Made by a program: the position numbers and the translations under genes. From Gekko japonicus (Eukaryota), in contig NW_015169926.1 of NCBI RefSeq assembly GCF_001447785.1, positions 23,558 to 83,883 on the forward strand: a DNA stretch of 60,326 nt, read 5' to 3'. Numbering within the stretch: the first letter of the stretch is position 1; each line of letters opens with the position of its first letter. The notes below the pieces were generated by a model, which worked only from the letters and a program-made list of their open reading frames with translations, ran no database searches and had not been told where the DNA came from. Positions 36,661 to 48,533 of this stretch are shown here, in pieces.

Positions 36661-38148
36661 GGAGAGGGAGAGGGAGAGAGAGAGAGGGGGGGGACCCTTT
36701 TAGGGAGATCATCTGAATAATGGGATTTGTTAGAGACTATCAATACCAAGGCATATGTGTAGTTTCAGAGGGTAGCCATTTTGGCCTGCAGTTGAACAGA
36801 TAGATTTGAGTTGAGTACCAGTCCAGAGACCCCATGAGATTTTTGGAGGAAATCTTGTGGTTCTCTAAGGGGCTGGCCTCAAATCCAGGCATGTATGTTT
36901 CCTTTATTTAAAACATCTTATCCAACCAATCCTGATAAATAATTTTTTCAAAGGTAACTCTGGATCATTTTTGGTACATTTATTTTATCTTATCTTTTTA
37001 TTCTCCACATTTCTCCCCAGTGGGGACCCAAAGTGGCTTACCTCATTCTCTCTCTCGATGTTATACTCCAGACAGCCCTGTGAGGTATGTTAGGGCTCAA
37101 GAATATCACCTGCCAAAGGTCAGAAAATGAATTACCATGGGATGGGTGGGGATTTGAACCTGGGGCTCCACGATACTGGTCCCACTCTTTTAACCATTAC
37201 ACCAAATGAAGATAAGAAGCTGTCATGTGCTAAGTGAAACTTAGCTGTCTGTGAGGCAGTCCATTATTGTTTCTTCTATCTGACAAGGACTCTCCACGAT
37301 TCCCAGAGATGCTCTGAAGTGAAGGTGACTCTGGAATGGAGTAAGTTTATTCTCTGGCATCTCCACTGAAATGAATCTCCTTCACCCTTGCAGATCCCCG
37401 GGGAATCAGATTGCTGGCAGTGTGCTAAAAGCATTTCCTGCCCCCAGAGAATGAACTAGTAGGAGGTGAGATTGACACATACCTGTGAAGGATCAGATTC
37501 TTCAGATACGGTGACTGGAAGATGGTTTCAGAAGGTAGCCATCTTGGTCTGCAGTAGAACAGCTGGATCTGAGTCCAGCACCACCTTAGAAATCAAAACG
37601 TGCTTTCAAGAGTCCAAATTCTTCATAAGACCCTATGGATTTCCACTCCATGCAGCTGAATGTCAATGAAGACAGTTTTGGAGGTTAGCCTTGTTGAGTG
37701 GAAGATGTCAACTGTCCATGGTCCTGGGCTGGAACGGCAGAGGACTTGCAGATGGACTTTCCCAGTTCCAGCTGAGGAGGGGAAGTGTCTGCTGCTCTCC
37801 AAGCTCAGTTCTTTAGTATATGTGCTGCCGAAGCGAGCACTCCAAGCTCAGTTCTAATTGTATAAGACATCCTACAGTTAGCTTGATAATATCATGTGAG
37901 AAAACATTCTTATCTCAGACATCAAGACAGCCTTCAGTGGAAGATGAAGGAGACTCTGGCAAGGGGAGGCTTCTGTCCTAAAAAGGCACCGTGGGCCCAG
38001 ATCTGAAGTATATTTCTTTGTTACGTTAATATTCTGCCTTTTTATTTCCATTCTCAATCTCTGCGACAGGATGATCGTGTGACATAAAAATCCATACAAC
38101 ATGTCAGAATCATCCGATGGAAAATAAATCTTGAATCAGGTTGAAGAG

Positions 38149-38353
38149 TAGGGTTGCCAACTCCAGGTTGGGAAATTCCTGGAGATTTGGGGGTGGAGCC
38201 TGGGGAGGGTGGGGTTTGGGAAGGGGAGGGGCATTGGCAGTATATACTGCCACACAGCCCTCTGTACAAAGCAGGGAAACTGATATCTGAAGCCTGGAGA
38301 TTGGTTGTTATTCCAGGAGATCTTCAGGCCCCACCTGGAGGATGGCAACCCTA
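38149..38353. mobile_element. MITE with TAGGGTTGCCA TIRs (hAT-like)
   Basis: TAGGGTTGCCA...TGGCAACCCTA. Another complete copy is at 22865-23091, with many fragments at 6253, 7820-8460, 8860-9170, 11468, 23183-23725 and 32050-32232. Confidence 0.75.
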
Positions 38354-38469
38354 TCAGGGAGAAACTTTGCAATTGCTACTTGCCAGGCTCTGTCCTGGCA
38401 TCTGACTGGTTGGCACACATCTGACTGGTTGGCACAGAGGGCTGGGCTAACCAAAGTGGAGTTCTAAAG

Positions 38470-39550
38470 GAGAAATACCGGACATGCAACCGTTGGATGG
38501 ATTCATGGTTGGTTGAAAAATTGTACCCAACGAGTGCTCAAAAATGGCTCTGCATCTACGTGGAGGGAAGTCTCAAGGGGAGCGCCCCAGGGCTCGGTCC
38601 TAGGCCCGGTGTTGTTCAATGTTTTTATAAATGACATGGAGGAAGACATAGAGGGGATGCTTATCAAATCTGCAGATGACACGTAGCTAGGTGGGATTGC
38701 TGATTCTGAAGAAGACACAGAGTCAGGATTCAAAATGATCTAGATAGGCTAGAACAGTGGGCTGAGACAATTAAAATGAATTTCAATAGAGATAAGTGCA
38801 AAGTCCTGCACAGATATAGAATGGGAGGGACTTGGCTTGAAAGCAGCACAAGTGAAAGGGATCTAGGTGTTCTGGTTGATCACAAGCTAAACATGAGCCT
38901 GCAGTGCGATGTGGCTGCGAAGAAAGCTAATGCAATCTTAGGATGCATTAACAGAAGCGTTGTGTCCAGATGACGGGAGGTGGTAGTTCCGCTCTATTCT
39001 GCTCTGGTCAGGCCTCACCTGGAGTACTGTGTCCAGTTTTGGGCACCACATTTTAGGAAGGATGTTGACAAGCTCGAGTGTGTCCAAAAGAGTGCAACCA
39101 GGATAGTGAGAGGGTTGGAATCCAAGTCTTATGAGGAAAGGCTGAAAGAGTTGGGTCTGTTTAGCCTGGGAAAGAGAAGGCTTAGAGGGGACATGATTGC
39201 AGTCTTCAAGTATTTGAAGGGCTGTCATGTAGAAGATGGAGCAGATAGATTCTCTCTTGCTCCGGATTGCAAGACTAGATCTAATGGGTGGAAAGGACAA
39301 GGGAGTCGTTACCGGCTAAATATCAGGAGAAACTTCCTAACTGTAAGAGTGGTTGAGCAGTGGAACAGTCTGTCTCGGGAGGTGGTGGATGCTCCTTCGC
39401 TGGACGTTTTCAAGTGGAGGCTGGACGACCATCTTTCAGGTATGTTGTAGGCATGTAGGGCTATCTTTCAGCTATGCTCCTGCAGAGTGCAGGGGGTTGG
39501 ACTAGATGACCTGCAAGGTCCCTTCGAACTCTAACGTTCTATGATTCAAT
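38470..39550 (+). mobile_element. CR1 LINE 3' portion (degenerate RT and 3' end)
   Basis: [49 protein letters not shown], and the GGGTTGGACTAGATGACC..TTCTATGATTC terminus. Confidence 0.92.
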
Positions 39551-40211
39551 GAATATATAGAGGAAGGGAACTAAACCTTGTCCAACATGGAACTGTTTTT
39601 TCAACTCCATCCCTGATTCTCCTGCATCATTTTTAGGGCTCCCATGGCACTGGATTTTGTGGTGGTTCTCTACTTGGAATTCCCAATTGCAGCTGTGGAA
39701 GGGGAGTAATTAGTGGTTTCAGAGAGATGGTGCACTGGAGCCCTGAGAGAGGAATTCTGAGCACCCCTAGGTCCAGCTGAGATGGGGAGAGGGGGAGAAA
39801 GGCACTCATGGCCTGCCTTGAGCCTGCCTCCTGTGCTTTCTGTGCCTTCGGTAATGAAGCCCTCGCATCGAAGGGTCAGTGTGCTAGAGGCGTGAGCCTC
39901 TTGGCATGAGCTGAAAAATGTGGCATTTAGCCTTGGGCCCAGCTGTTTCATGCCACACTTGGAAAGAGTTACAAAACAAAAAAACAAACAAATACAATAC
40001 CTTTATTGGCATAAGAGATGAAATACAACATACAGCATAGAGCCTCAAGATAGCCAGGGGAGAGGAAGGAGTTCTATTAGTGTGTAAGACAGAGAGAGAC
40101 ACTGGTTGTGTGCCTGGAACATGGGAGCAGCACAGATAATGGACTAAAACAACATCAGTTGAACAACACTGGAATTCACTGCCACAGGAGGTGGTGGCAG
40201 CTACAAGCATG

Positions 40212-41022
40212 TTGTTGTTCAGTCGCACAGTCGAGTCCGACTCTTCGCGACCCCATGGACCATCTCCCGCCAGGCTCTCCTGTCTTCCGCCGTCCTCTGA
40301 AGTTGGCTCAATTTCATGTTCGTTGCATCGATGACACTGTCTAACCATCTCATCCTTTGCCGTCCCCGTCTTCTTTGACCTTCAATCTTTCCCAGCATCA
40401 GGGTCTTTTCCAGTGAGTGCTCCCTTCTCATTTGGTGGCCAAAGTATTTGAGCTTCAGTTTCATTATCTGGCCTTCCAGGGAACAGTCAGGGTTGATTTC
40501 TTTGAGGATTGACTGATTTGTTCTTCTTGCAGTCCAAGGGACTCTCAAGAGTCCTCCAGCACCATAGTTCAAAAGAATCTATTCTTCGGCGCTCGGCCTT
40601 CCTTATAGTCCAACTCTCGCAGCCATACATGACTACTGGGAATACCATTGCTTTGACCATGCAGACTTTTGTTGGCAGGGTGATGTCTCTACTTTTTATC
40701 ATGCTGTTTAGGTTCGCCATCGCTTTCCTCCCAATGAGCAGGCGTCTTTTAATTTCATGGCTGCAAGTCTGTGGTGATCTGGGATCCCAGGAACGTGAAG
40801 TCTGTCACTACTTCCACGACTTCCCCTTCTATTTGCCAAGGAGTGATGGGGCCGGATGCCATGATCTTAGTTTTTTTGATGTTGAGCTTCAAGCCCACTT
40901 TTGCACTCTCCTCTTTTACTCTGAGCAAGAGGCTCTTTAGATCCTCTTCACTTTCAGCCATTAGAGTGGTATCATCTGCATATCTGAGGTTGTTGATCTT
41001 TTCCCCAGCAATCTTAATTCCC
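40212..41022 (-). mobile_element. RTE-BovB LINE 3' portion, nested in a CR1 3' end
   Basis: NLRYADDTTL, GLKLNIKKTKIM, VFPVVMYGCESW, LEKTLMLGKIEG, (CAA) tail. GCATG is duplicated at 40207-40211 and 41023-41027, and the CR1 sequence resumes across the insertion. Confidence 0.92.
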
Positions 41023-41957
41023 GCATGGACAGCTTCAAAAGGGAATTAGATAAGCATATGGAGCAGAGGTCCATCAGTGCGCAGTGGTTAAGTGTGCAGA
41101 CTCTGATCTGGGAGAACCAGGTTTGATTCCCCGCTCCTCCACTTGCAGCTGCTGGATGACCTTGGGCACAAATTGGTTTGCTCTGGAGCCATCCTTCCTG
41201 AGCTAAGAGGAAAAAGTGTGAGCCAGAGGCTAAAAAACTGTGAGCTAGCCCACACTAACTCAGCTTAGAGGGAACAGTGGTTGTAGACAGGAAATCTGAG
41301 AAGTACAGGGTCTGAGCAAGGAATATGTCACCCTTCTGTGCCATTACTATTACTTGGTCACTTGGTGTATGTTTTGCAATAGGAGTAAGAAGCATTTGGT
41401 ACATGAACCTTTCAGGAAGAAGTTTGCTATTCTAGACATGCTCTACAGAACTCAACAAGCACTCACATGTGAGCAAGCACACATAGGATTTTACAACTTA
41501 AAGAAGAAAGGGTAACATCCTGCTCTATCAACCAACACTAAATTTGCCCAGTAGGTAGCAAACTTATCTCTCTCATTTCCCAGTGGCCAACAGCTGTCCA
41601 GTTGCATTCTCAGCAAACTACCCTACCCAGAGTCATAATGCTCAAGGTGCCCCAAGAGAAAAAAAGCATGAAATATGGGAATGAGGAAACAGAGGTTTCT
41701 AGGGATGCTGGGGAATTAATTCAACTAGTAGTTGTATGACTTGGTTGTGATGTTCAGTCCTGGAGTAGCCATTAAGCAAAACAAGCATGTCATTAGGGCG
41801 CCAGTTGAAGAGGGGCACCACAGAGGTTCCCCCCCCCCCCAGCTATTGTGCTCTTAACCCTTTGCCACAGAAAAATCTGGTTGGATTTGTTTCAATTGTC
41901 CTTATCTGCTGCGTTTGACTTTAAAGTTGTCGTTAGATATCTCATTTGTTTCTTTCT

Positions 41958-42238
41958 GAGCCAGTTTGGTGTAGTGGTTAATTACGCAGACTCTAATCTG
42001 GGAGAACCGGGTCTGATTCCCGTCTCCTCCACTTGCACCTGGCTGGATGACCTTGGGCAAGCCGTAGTTCTGATAAGAGCTGTCCTTGCAAAAGAGCCAT
42101 TTCTGTCAGAGCTCTCTCAGCCCCACCTGCCTCACAGGGTGTCTGTTGTGGGGAGGGGAAGGGAAAGGAGTTTATAAGCCGCTCTGAGACACCTTTGGGT
42201 AGTGAAGGGCGGGGCATAAATCCAATCTCTTCTTCTTC
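41958..42238 (+). mobile_element. tRNA-derived SINE (Squam3-like)
   Basis: TGGTGTAGTGGTTAA head, GGTCTGATTCCC B-box-like motif, (TCT)n tail; absent at the homologous sites in other units. Confidence 0.75.
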
Positions 42239-43020
42239 TCATGGTGTGAGCATTTCACTTCCATGTTGCCAGTTAAGCAATGGATGGCCAATGGGTATGT
42301 GCTTAGGGCATCAGTTTGTCTTAATCTGGCCCTGGGGGTGTTGTATCCCTGGTCGTGCAGAGCAAAACTGCCAAAGAAGGGAGTGCTGTGATGATTCCTT
42401 TCAGGGGTGCTGGCTCACTTGTTCTGGCTTGGTGGGAGGATCATCTCTGGATTCCAGTTTTTTTATGGCAGGGGAGAAGGATTACAAAAGAGCACTCATG
42501 TCTTTATAAGGCCATTCTTCTCAGTTGCAGTGGTGTTATGCCTTTCCAAAGGATATTGGGGGGCTATCTAGAGACAAAGAATTCATTTTAAAACTTTTAT
42601 ACAGAATCTGTCATAACCCTACGTGTTTTCCATATGTGCCATAGAATTCTAACGGAATCTGCCTGGGACAAAGGAAGACACTTTTGCCGGTTGGAATGGG
42701 CATTATAACTGGGTTTCAACTGGGGTTTCCTCAGTGCAGCTTTCTTCCTCCTTGAAAACCTTCTGGAAGGCCATCTTCATGCTCTCCCTCTGTCTAGACT
42801 TCCCTTGTCTCCCAACCAGGATATAAATAGCTGGGTTTACACTGCTATTTAAACAGGCTAATATCATTGCAACATCTGATAAGTCCGGTGGTATGTAATT
42901 GAAAATGGAGAGGATGACTGTGACATTCAATGGAAAAGCAAAGAAGAGGAGGAAGAGAAGAGTGAGCAAGATGATGGTCAAAAGCTTCCCCCTCCGATGC
43001 TGTCGTGCTTTCAAACTGAC

Positions 43021-43681
43021 TTTTTTTTAAAAAAATTATTTTTTCAATTTTTAACAATTCTAACACTTCAAACAGTGAACAATTAATTTTCCAATTACAT
43101 TCACATCCTGTAAATAGTTCCTGCGTATGTACAACGTTATAACATGTTCAAAGAATTACAATACATTACTCATCACACTTCCGAATATGTTTTCAGTAGA
43201 AAGATAACAGACTTAGCGTAAACTTGATAGGAACATTAGGAAGCAATCCGAACTATTGGAGCGGTAAGAAAGAGAAGAAAGAAAAGGAAATATTAGAGCT
43301 AGTGGAGAAGATATAAGTAAGTAAGTATGAGATCTTGCGGAACTGGTCATTGCATTAATCTTATATCCATTTGTGATATTGAGACCAATCAGATGAGATA
43401 AATTGTTTTTGTGACAGATAATCCAGCACTGGGTACCATTTCTCTATGAAATTAGACTTTATTGGGTTTTGTGACATGCAATTAAGTTTGTTGGAGACTG
43501 CATCCATTAAGTAATGAGTCCAAAGTTTCTTATACCATATTTCTACTGAGGGTGCCTCTTTCTCCTTCCAGTACAATGCTATTGCTGTTTTGGCTGCATC
43601 TAGAAGGACTTCTATTGTGCGTCTATGTACCCTTGAATTCAGATTTTCAGGCCAGATATTCAAAAACAAAATTTCCGGTTT
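43021..43681 (-). mobile_element. L1 3' end (ORF2 C-terminus, 3' UTR, A-rich tail), likely the continuation of lineage A
   Basis: KPEILFL..AAKTAIALYWK..PSVEIW..W* (stop at 43361), then a UTR and a T-run at 43021-43028 on the + strand. Confidence 0.88.
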
Positions 43682-43794
43682 TATCCACAAATCAACAGCT
43701 ATAAATGTAACTGAGAGAAGGACCCCCAAATCAGCGATGGCCAAGTTCAGGATGAAGGTGCTGACCCAGAAAAAGAAGTAGCTTTTCTGTTTGA

Positions 43795-46470
43795 ATGTGC
43801 ATAACTTCCTGTTTGGTTACACCCCTTCCAACACAATGGTGATAGGGTCGGAGCTATATGGGAAAGTCTGAGTGGAGTGATATACCACCTTGACATTATT
43901 TTGAGATTTTGTATTCTGACAGATATTACTTTTGTTTTGAAGCTTGATGAGTTCCATATGCGTTCCCACGTTTCGTCCGTGAGATTTTCTGTAATGTCTC
44001 TTTTCCACGCATTTTGATATGGTAGCTGTTTAGAGCATGATTTTTTAATTAACAGAGAATATATTTTTGAAATAAGGCCTTTGTTTTGTGCATCTGAATC
44101 TCTTATCAAGATTTCCATTTCTGTTTGAGCTTGGGACATTGTAGCTTTTATATTTAATTTGTTAAGCAGGTGTCTTAACTGCAAATACAAGTACCATTGT
44201 ATGGGAGAGCCTAGCTTTCGTTCAAGGTCAAGTTTACTTATGATACCGTTGTTATCAGCTATATCCCCTATCCGAGTAAGGCGTTTAAGTCTCCATTTTG
44301 CTGAAAGCATGGAGTCTGATCCAGGTGGAAATGATTTCTGGTTTAGAAACGTGTAGTATCGTGATACTGGGGGCAAAGAATGTCTAGCATGGTTCTTCCA
44401 ACATTGGAATGCTGGGAGTATGGTTTCAATAGCATTCCTCTCCGTAGCGGAAAGCTTCTCTTTGGCCCAGAGTGCACTATCTAGATACTTTGGAAATATC
44501 AAATCATCCCCTATATTCACCCACAGAGGTCTTACAGTAGTGTGTAACATTTTAACCGCTGTAGCTAACAAGATTGCTCTGTGATAAAATGCTATATCCG
44601 GGAGAGCAAAGCCCCCTAGATTTTTTGGCCTTCGTAAAATTGAGAAGCTTATTCTAGGTTTCTTTTTATTCCACAAGAAATTTTTTAAAGAAGATTGCCA
44701 TTTTTTGAGCATCGCATTTGGGATACTAAGAGGGATTGTTCTGAATAAAAAAATAAACTTTGGTAAGATAAAGGATTTAATTAAGTTATATTTTTCAAAC
44801 CAGTTAAGGTGTAATTTACTCCATTTATTCATCTTTTGAGTTATTTCCGCATGCATAGTCAAGTAATTTAGTGAAAACATTTTAGAGCTATCCAGGCTAA
44901 TCTTGATACCTAAATATTGCATCTCTGTGGTCGTCCAATTAAACTCAAATGTCTCCCTTATGAAGTTTTCTTCCATGCTATTTAGATGAATTGGCATCAG
45001 TTGTGACTTAGAGTCATTAATCTTTAATCCCGAAAATAAACCAAATTGATTTAAGAGCTCTTGCAGGGCAGGTAGAGACACTATGGGGTTTGTTAAGAAG
45101 AGCACCATATCATCTGCAAATAAAGCAATTTTATGTTCCTGTGTGCGTACTTTGATACCAGCAATGTCCGGATGTGCTCTTATGGCATTGGCCAGTGGCT
45201 CAAGCGATAACGCAAATAGGATGGGGGATAATGGACACCCCTGCCGAGTACCACGTAAAAGTGGGATGGGTTTGGAGCACATTCCATTAACTTTAATTCT
45301 AGTAATGGGAGAAGCATACAATGTTTTAATAGTAGACAAAAATCTCTGTCCAAACCCCATTGTTTCTAACACAGAAAAAAGATATGGGAACTCAACCGAA
45401 TCAAACGCCTTTTCCACATCAAGTGATAGAAAGGCCATATTAAGTTTGTTCCTTTGGGAATGACGAAGTAAGGACATCGTTTTGATAGTGTTGTCTGCCA
45501 AATCCCTACCAGGGATAAAACCGACCTGATCCTTTTTAATATATCTAGCTATAAATGTGTTTATTCTCTTGGCCAGAGCTGCCGTTAAAATTTTAAAATC
45601 TTGGTTAAGGAGGGAGATGGGTCGATAGGATGCCGGATCCAAAGGATCCCTATTCTTTTTTAGAATTACAACTGTGTGAGCTTCACGCCACGAAGGTGGA
45701 AAGTATCCTGAAGTCAGAACCTCATTACATGCTTCAGTCAGATGAGGCACTAGAGATTTTGCAAACATTTTATAGAACTCTGATGTGTACCCATCAGGGC
45801 CCGGGGTCTTCATAGGTTTTAATGATTTTATAACCTCCATAATTTCTTCATTAGTAAAAGGTTCTTCTAACAATAGCTTATGGCTCTCTTCCAATCTGGG
45901 CACTATGTCTTTGCCTTTTAGAAAAGAAATCATCCGTTCATGGTCTAGTGGACAGGAAGTGTATAATTTTTTATAGTATTCTTCAAAAACATCAGATATA
46001 GAATCATTGTTATTAAAAACGTCTCCATTCCGACTTTTTATAGCAGAGATCCTATTAGCTGACTTCAGGGCTTTCGTCTTATGGGATAGTAATTTCAAAA
46101 ATTTTGGTGATCTAAACCAATATTTTTGTTTGGTATAAATAAGCTGCGTCTTGATTTTATTTGATTCCAATTGTTCTAATTTTCTGCGCTCTGTCAAGAG
46201 CTGTTTGTATATCTTTTTACAAGGTTTCTCTTTATGTTGTGTTTCTAACATTTTTATTTTGTCAAGTAGTTCTGATTCAACTTTTTGTCTTTGTTTCTTC
46301 TGATAGGAAGACTTCGAGATTAGATTTCCCCTAAGCGTTGGTTTAAGTGCGTCCCATCTCATGTGTGGTCGAATTGATTCCTGCGAGTTTTCCTTAAAAT
46401 ATTGCAATATATCCTGATCAATTTCCTGTCGTGCGATTGGATCCATTAATAAAGAGTTGTTGAGTGTCCA
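43795..46470 (-). mobile_element. L1 LINE lineage A, ORF2 (RT plus part of the C-terminal Cys-rich domain), 5'-truncated, no endonuclease domain
   Basis: Uninterrupted frame: WTLNNSLL, KTPGPDGYTSEFYK, SYRPISLLNQDFKIL, SLDVEKAFD, RGTRQGCPLSP, LFADD, YLGI, CWKGC..H. Confidence 0.95.
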
Positions 46471-47459
46471 GTGTCCAGATTTATGATCTTTTTAGATCTG
46501 ACAAAAAAAACTATGGTTTTAGAGAGGAAAAAAATGAAATTGAAAAGGTTTGGGAGAGTGGAGGAGGAAAAAATATTTCTAAAATGTATAAGGTGTTGTT
46601 AAAATGGTATACTGAAGATGAAACTGTTAAAGAACAAATGTTAAAATGGGCTATTAATATGAATAAGGAAGTGGCTATGGAAACCTGGGAATATTTGTGG
46701 AAAAATTCTATTAAGATCTCGACATGTACTAATGTTAAAGAAAATTGTTATAAGATGATGTATAGGTGGTACATGACACCTAAGAAGATTGCAAATATGA
46801 ATCAAAATATGTCAAACAAATGTTGGAAATGTAAGAGGCATGAGGGCTCATTTTATCATATGTGGTGGACTTGTGAGAAAGCTGTAGACTTTTGGACAAA
46901 AGTCCACAATGAAATGCAAAAAATACTGAAATGTTCTTTTAAAAAAGCACCGGAAATTCTGCTTTTGGGACTCAAAATGGAAGAAGTCAATACGACTAAA
47001 AAAACTTTACTCTGGTACCTGATAGTGACAGCGAGAATGATTTATGCTCAGTTTTGGAAGACGGAAAAGGTACCAGAGGTTGAAGAATGGATACAAAAAG
47101 TTCTGTTCATGGCACAAATGGATAAGATTACAAAAAAACTGAATAACAAAGAAGACGATGAGTTTTTTGGAGAATGGAATGATTTTAAAATTTATCTGGA
47201 AAAGAACTGGGATGTGAAACAAAACTTAATATGTTTAGATCAATATTAAGTCAAACGATGTTATCTTTAGATTGTAATGATGAAAAACTGATATTGTTGA
47301 TGATATGAAGTAATTTGGAGCAGGGGTGGAAGCATTGTGGGAAGCCATTGGAGGGAGGGGAGGAACTGGGAATGGGGTAGACAATTGATAGAATGAAATG
47401 ATTTAATTTTATATGTTTTATTCCTGAAAAAAAAAAATTTTTTTACCAAAAAAAAAAAA
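46471..47459 (+). mobile_element. L1 LINE lineage B, 3' end with polyA
   Basis: ORF with KMMYRWYMTP and CWKC..EGSFYHMWWTC, stop at 47249, G-rich 3' UTR, polyA to 47460. Very similar to the copy at 18768-19501. Confidence 0.92.
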
Positions 47460-48108
47460 AGGATGAAGGTGCTGAAAGGATTCCTCTTAATGCGGAAGCC
47501 AAGAAGCCAGATGACAATCCCATTCCCCACAGCTCCAAAAACACAGATTAACAAAATGGGTATAGTAATAACTACATCATCGACGATGCTCTTTTCTCTT
47601 CTGTAATCAGAGGTATTATGAGATGAAATATCTCCTGAAACATTCTCATCATTGATACTGTCATTTGGGAAAGAAGAGTAAGTATAATTAGGATCATCAT
47701 CATAATCCAGGGCAGCGTCCATAATGGGTTGTCAGGCTGGTATTGGTTATGATGCTCAATTGCTTCTTTCGGGATTTTGGTCCTGACTTGTCTTTACATT
47801 TCTGTTAGGAGAAAGGAAACAATGGATGATTCAATTCTTGTTTTGAAAATGCATGTCTAAAAGTTTGAGGATGGGATTGCAGAAGTTTTCAGCCTTGTGT
47901 TCCTCAATCCATTTCAAAATGGGTTGTGGTTGCTCCATTGTGGCTCCCGTCTTATGGGACTGCCTGCCTAAGAAGTTCAGGAGGGCTTCCAGTGTCCTAG
48001 TTTTCCACCAACTATACAAAATGGAATTATTCCAGAAGTTAATCGGCTTGCACTGTACAAAATGGTTTACAAACGTACTTGGAGAAATGATTAGGGACTG
48101 TTGTCTAT

Positions 48109-48533
48109 TGTTAGATCCCCCAAGCATGAGAATAGATCCACGTTCAAAAGTAAAGCAAGATTTATTTCAAAGGCATGGTTGATCACGAACACACAGGAAT
48201 TGATTGGAATGACGTTAGTCAGCAGTACAGGTATAATAAAGGAATTTTGAACAAGGTTTGGACCAATGGTCCCACTTCCCGCTGGATACGGGGAGATTAG
48301 AAAGGGCGCGAAGGTACATGAGAAAGTAACGCCCGTTTCCCTAAACACAAGTTCATTTCACACGGGTAAGTCTAAACAAGCATGAGTGCGAAGACATAAC
48401 TCCCACTTCTCACCAGCTGGCGACCTTGGTTACAGCAGTTGCCTAAGAGGAGGAAAAATACGAGAGCAAAACAAGGGGGGTGAAAGGGAAGGGACGTGAG
48501 ATGTCCCAGCAGAGAGATGGCAGCTCGCTGACA
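48109..48533 (-). mobile_element. Solo LTR (425 bp)
   Basis: TGTTAG...CTGACA, TSD TCTAT/TCTAG, minus-strand AATAAA at ~48161; empty site at ~27645. Confidence 0.78.

Larger units (their letters stand above)
42703..47722 (-). pseudogene. Mas-related GPCR paralog D, disrupted by a composite L1 insertion and a deletion of TM3-TM5
   Basis: Three gene pieces remain: 47460-47722 (MDAAL..NPFSTFIL), ~43682-43764 (STFILNLAIADLG..LWI) and 42703-43023 (LKARQHRRG..ETQL*). About 335 bp is missing relative to paralog C (26594-26927). Confidence 0.93.

Noticed and set aside
43747-46446. 899-aa ORF as a domesticated or autonomous RT gene
   Set aside because: It lacks the endonuclease, ORF1 and promoter, and its C-terminus is broken by filler, so it is a truncated young L1 copy.
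46440-46500. Ordinary twin-priming 5' inversion of a single L1
   Set aside because: Both halves cover the same ORF2 C-terminal region with divergent sequence, and each lineage has its own tail.
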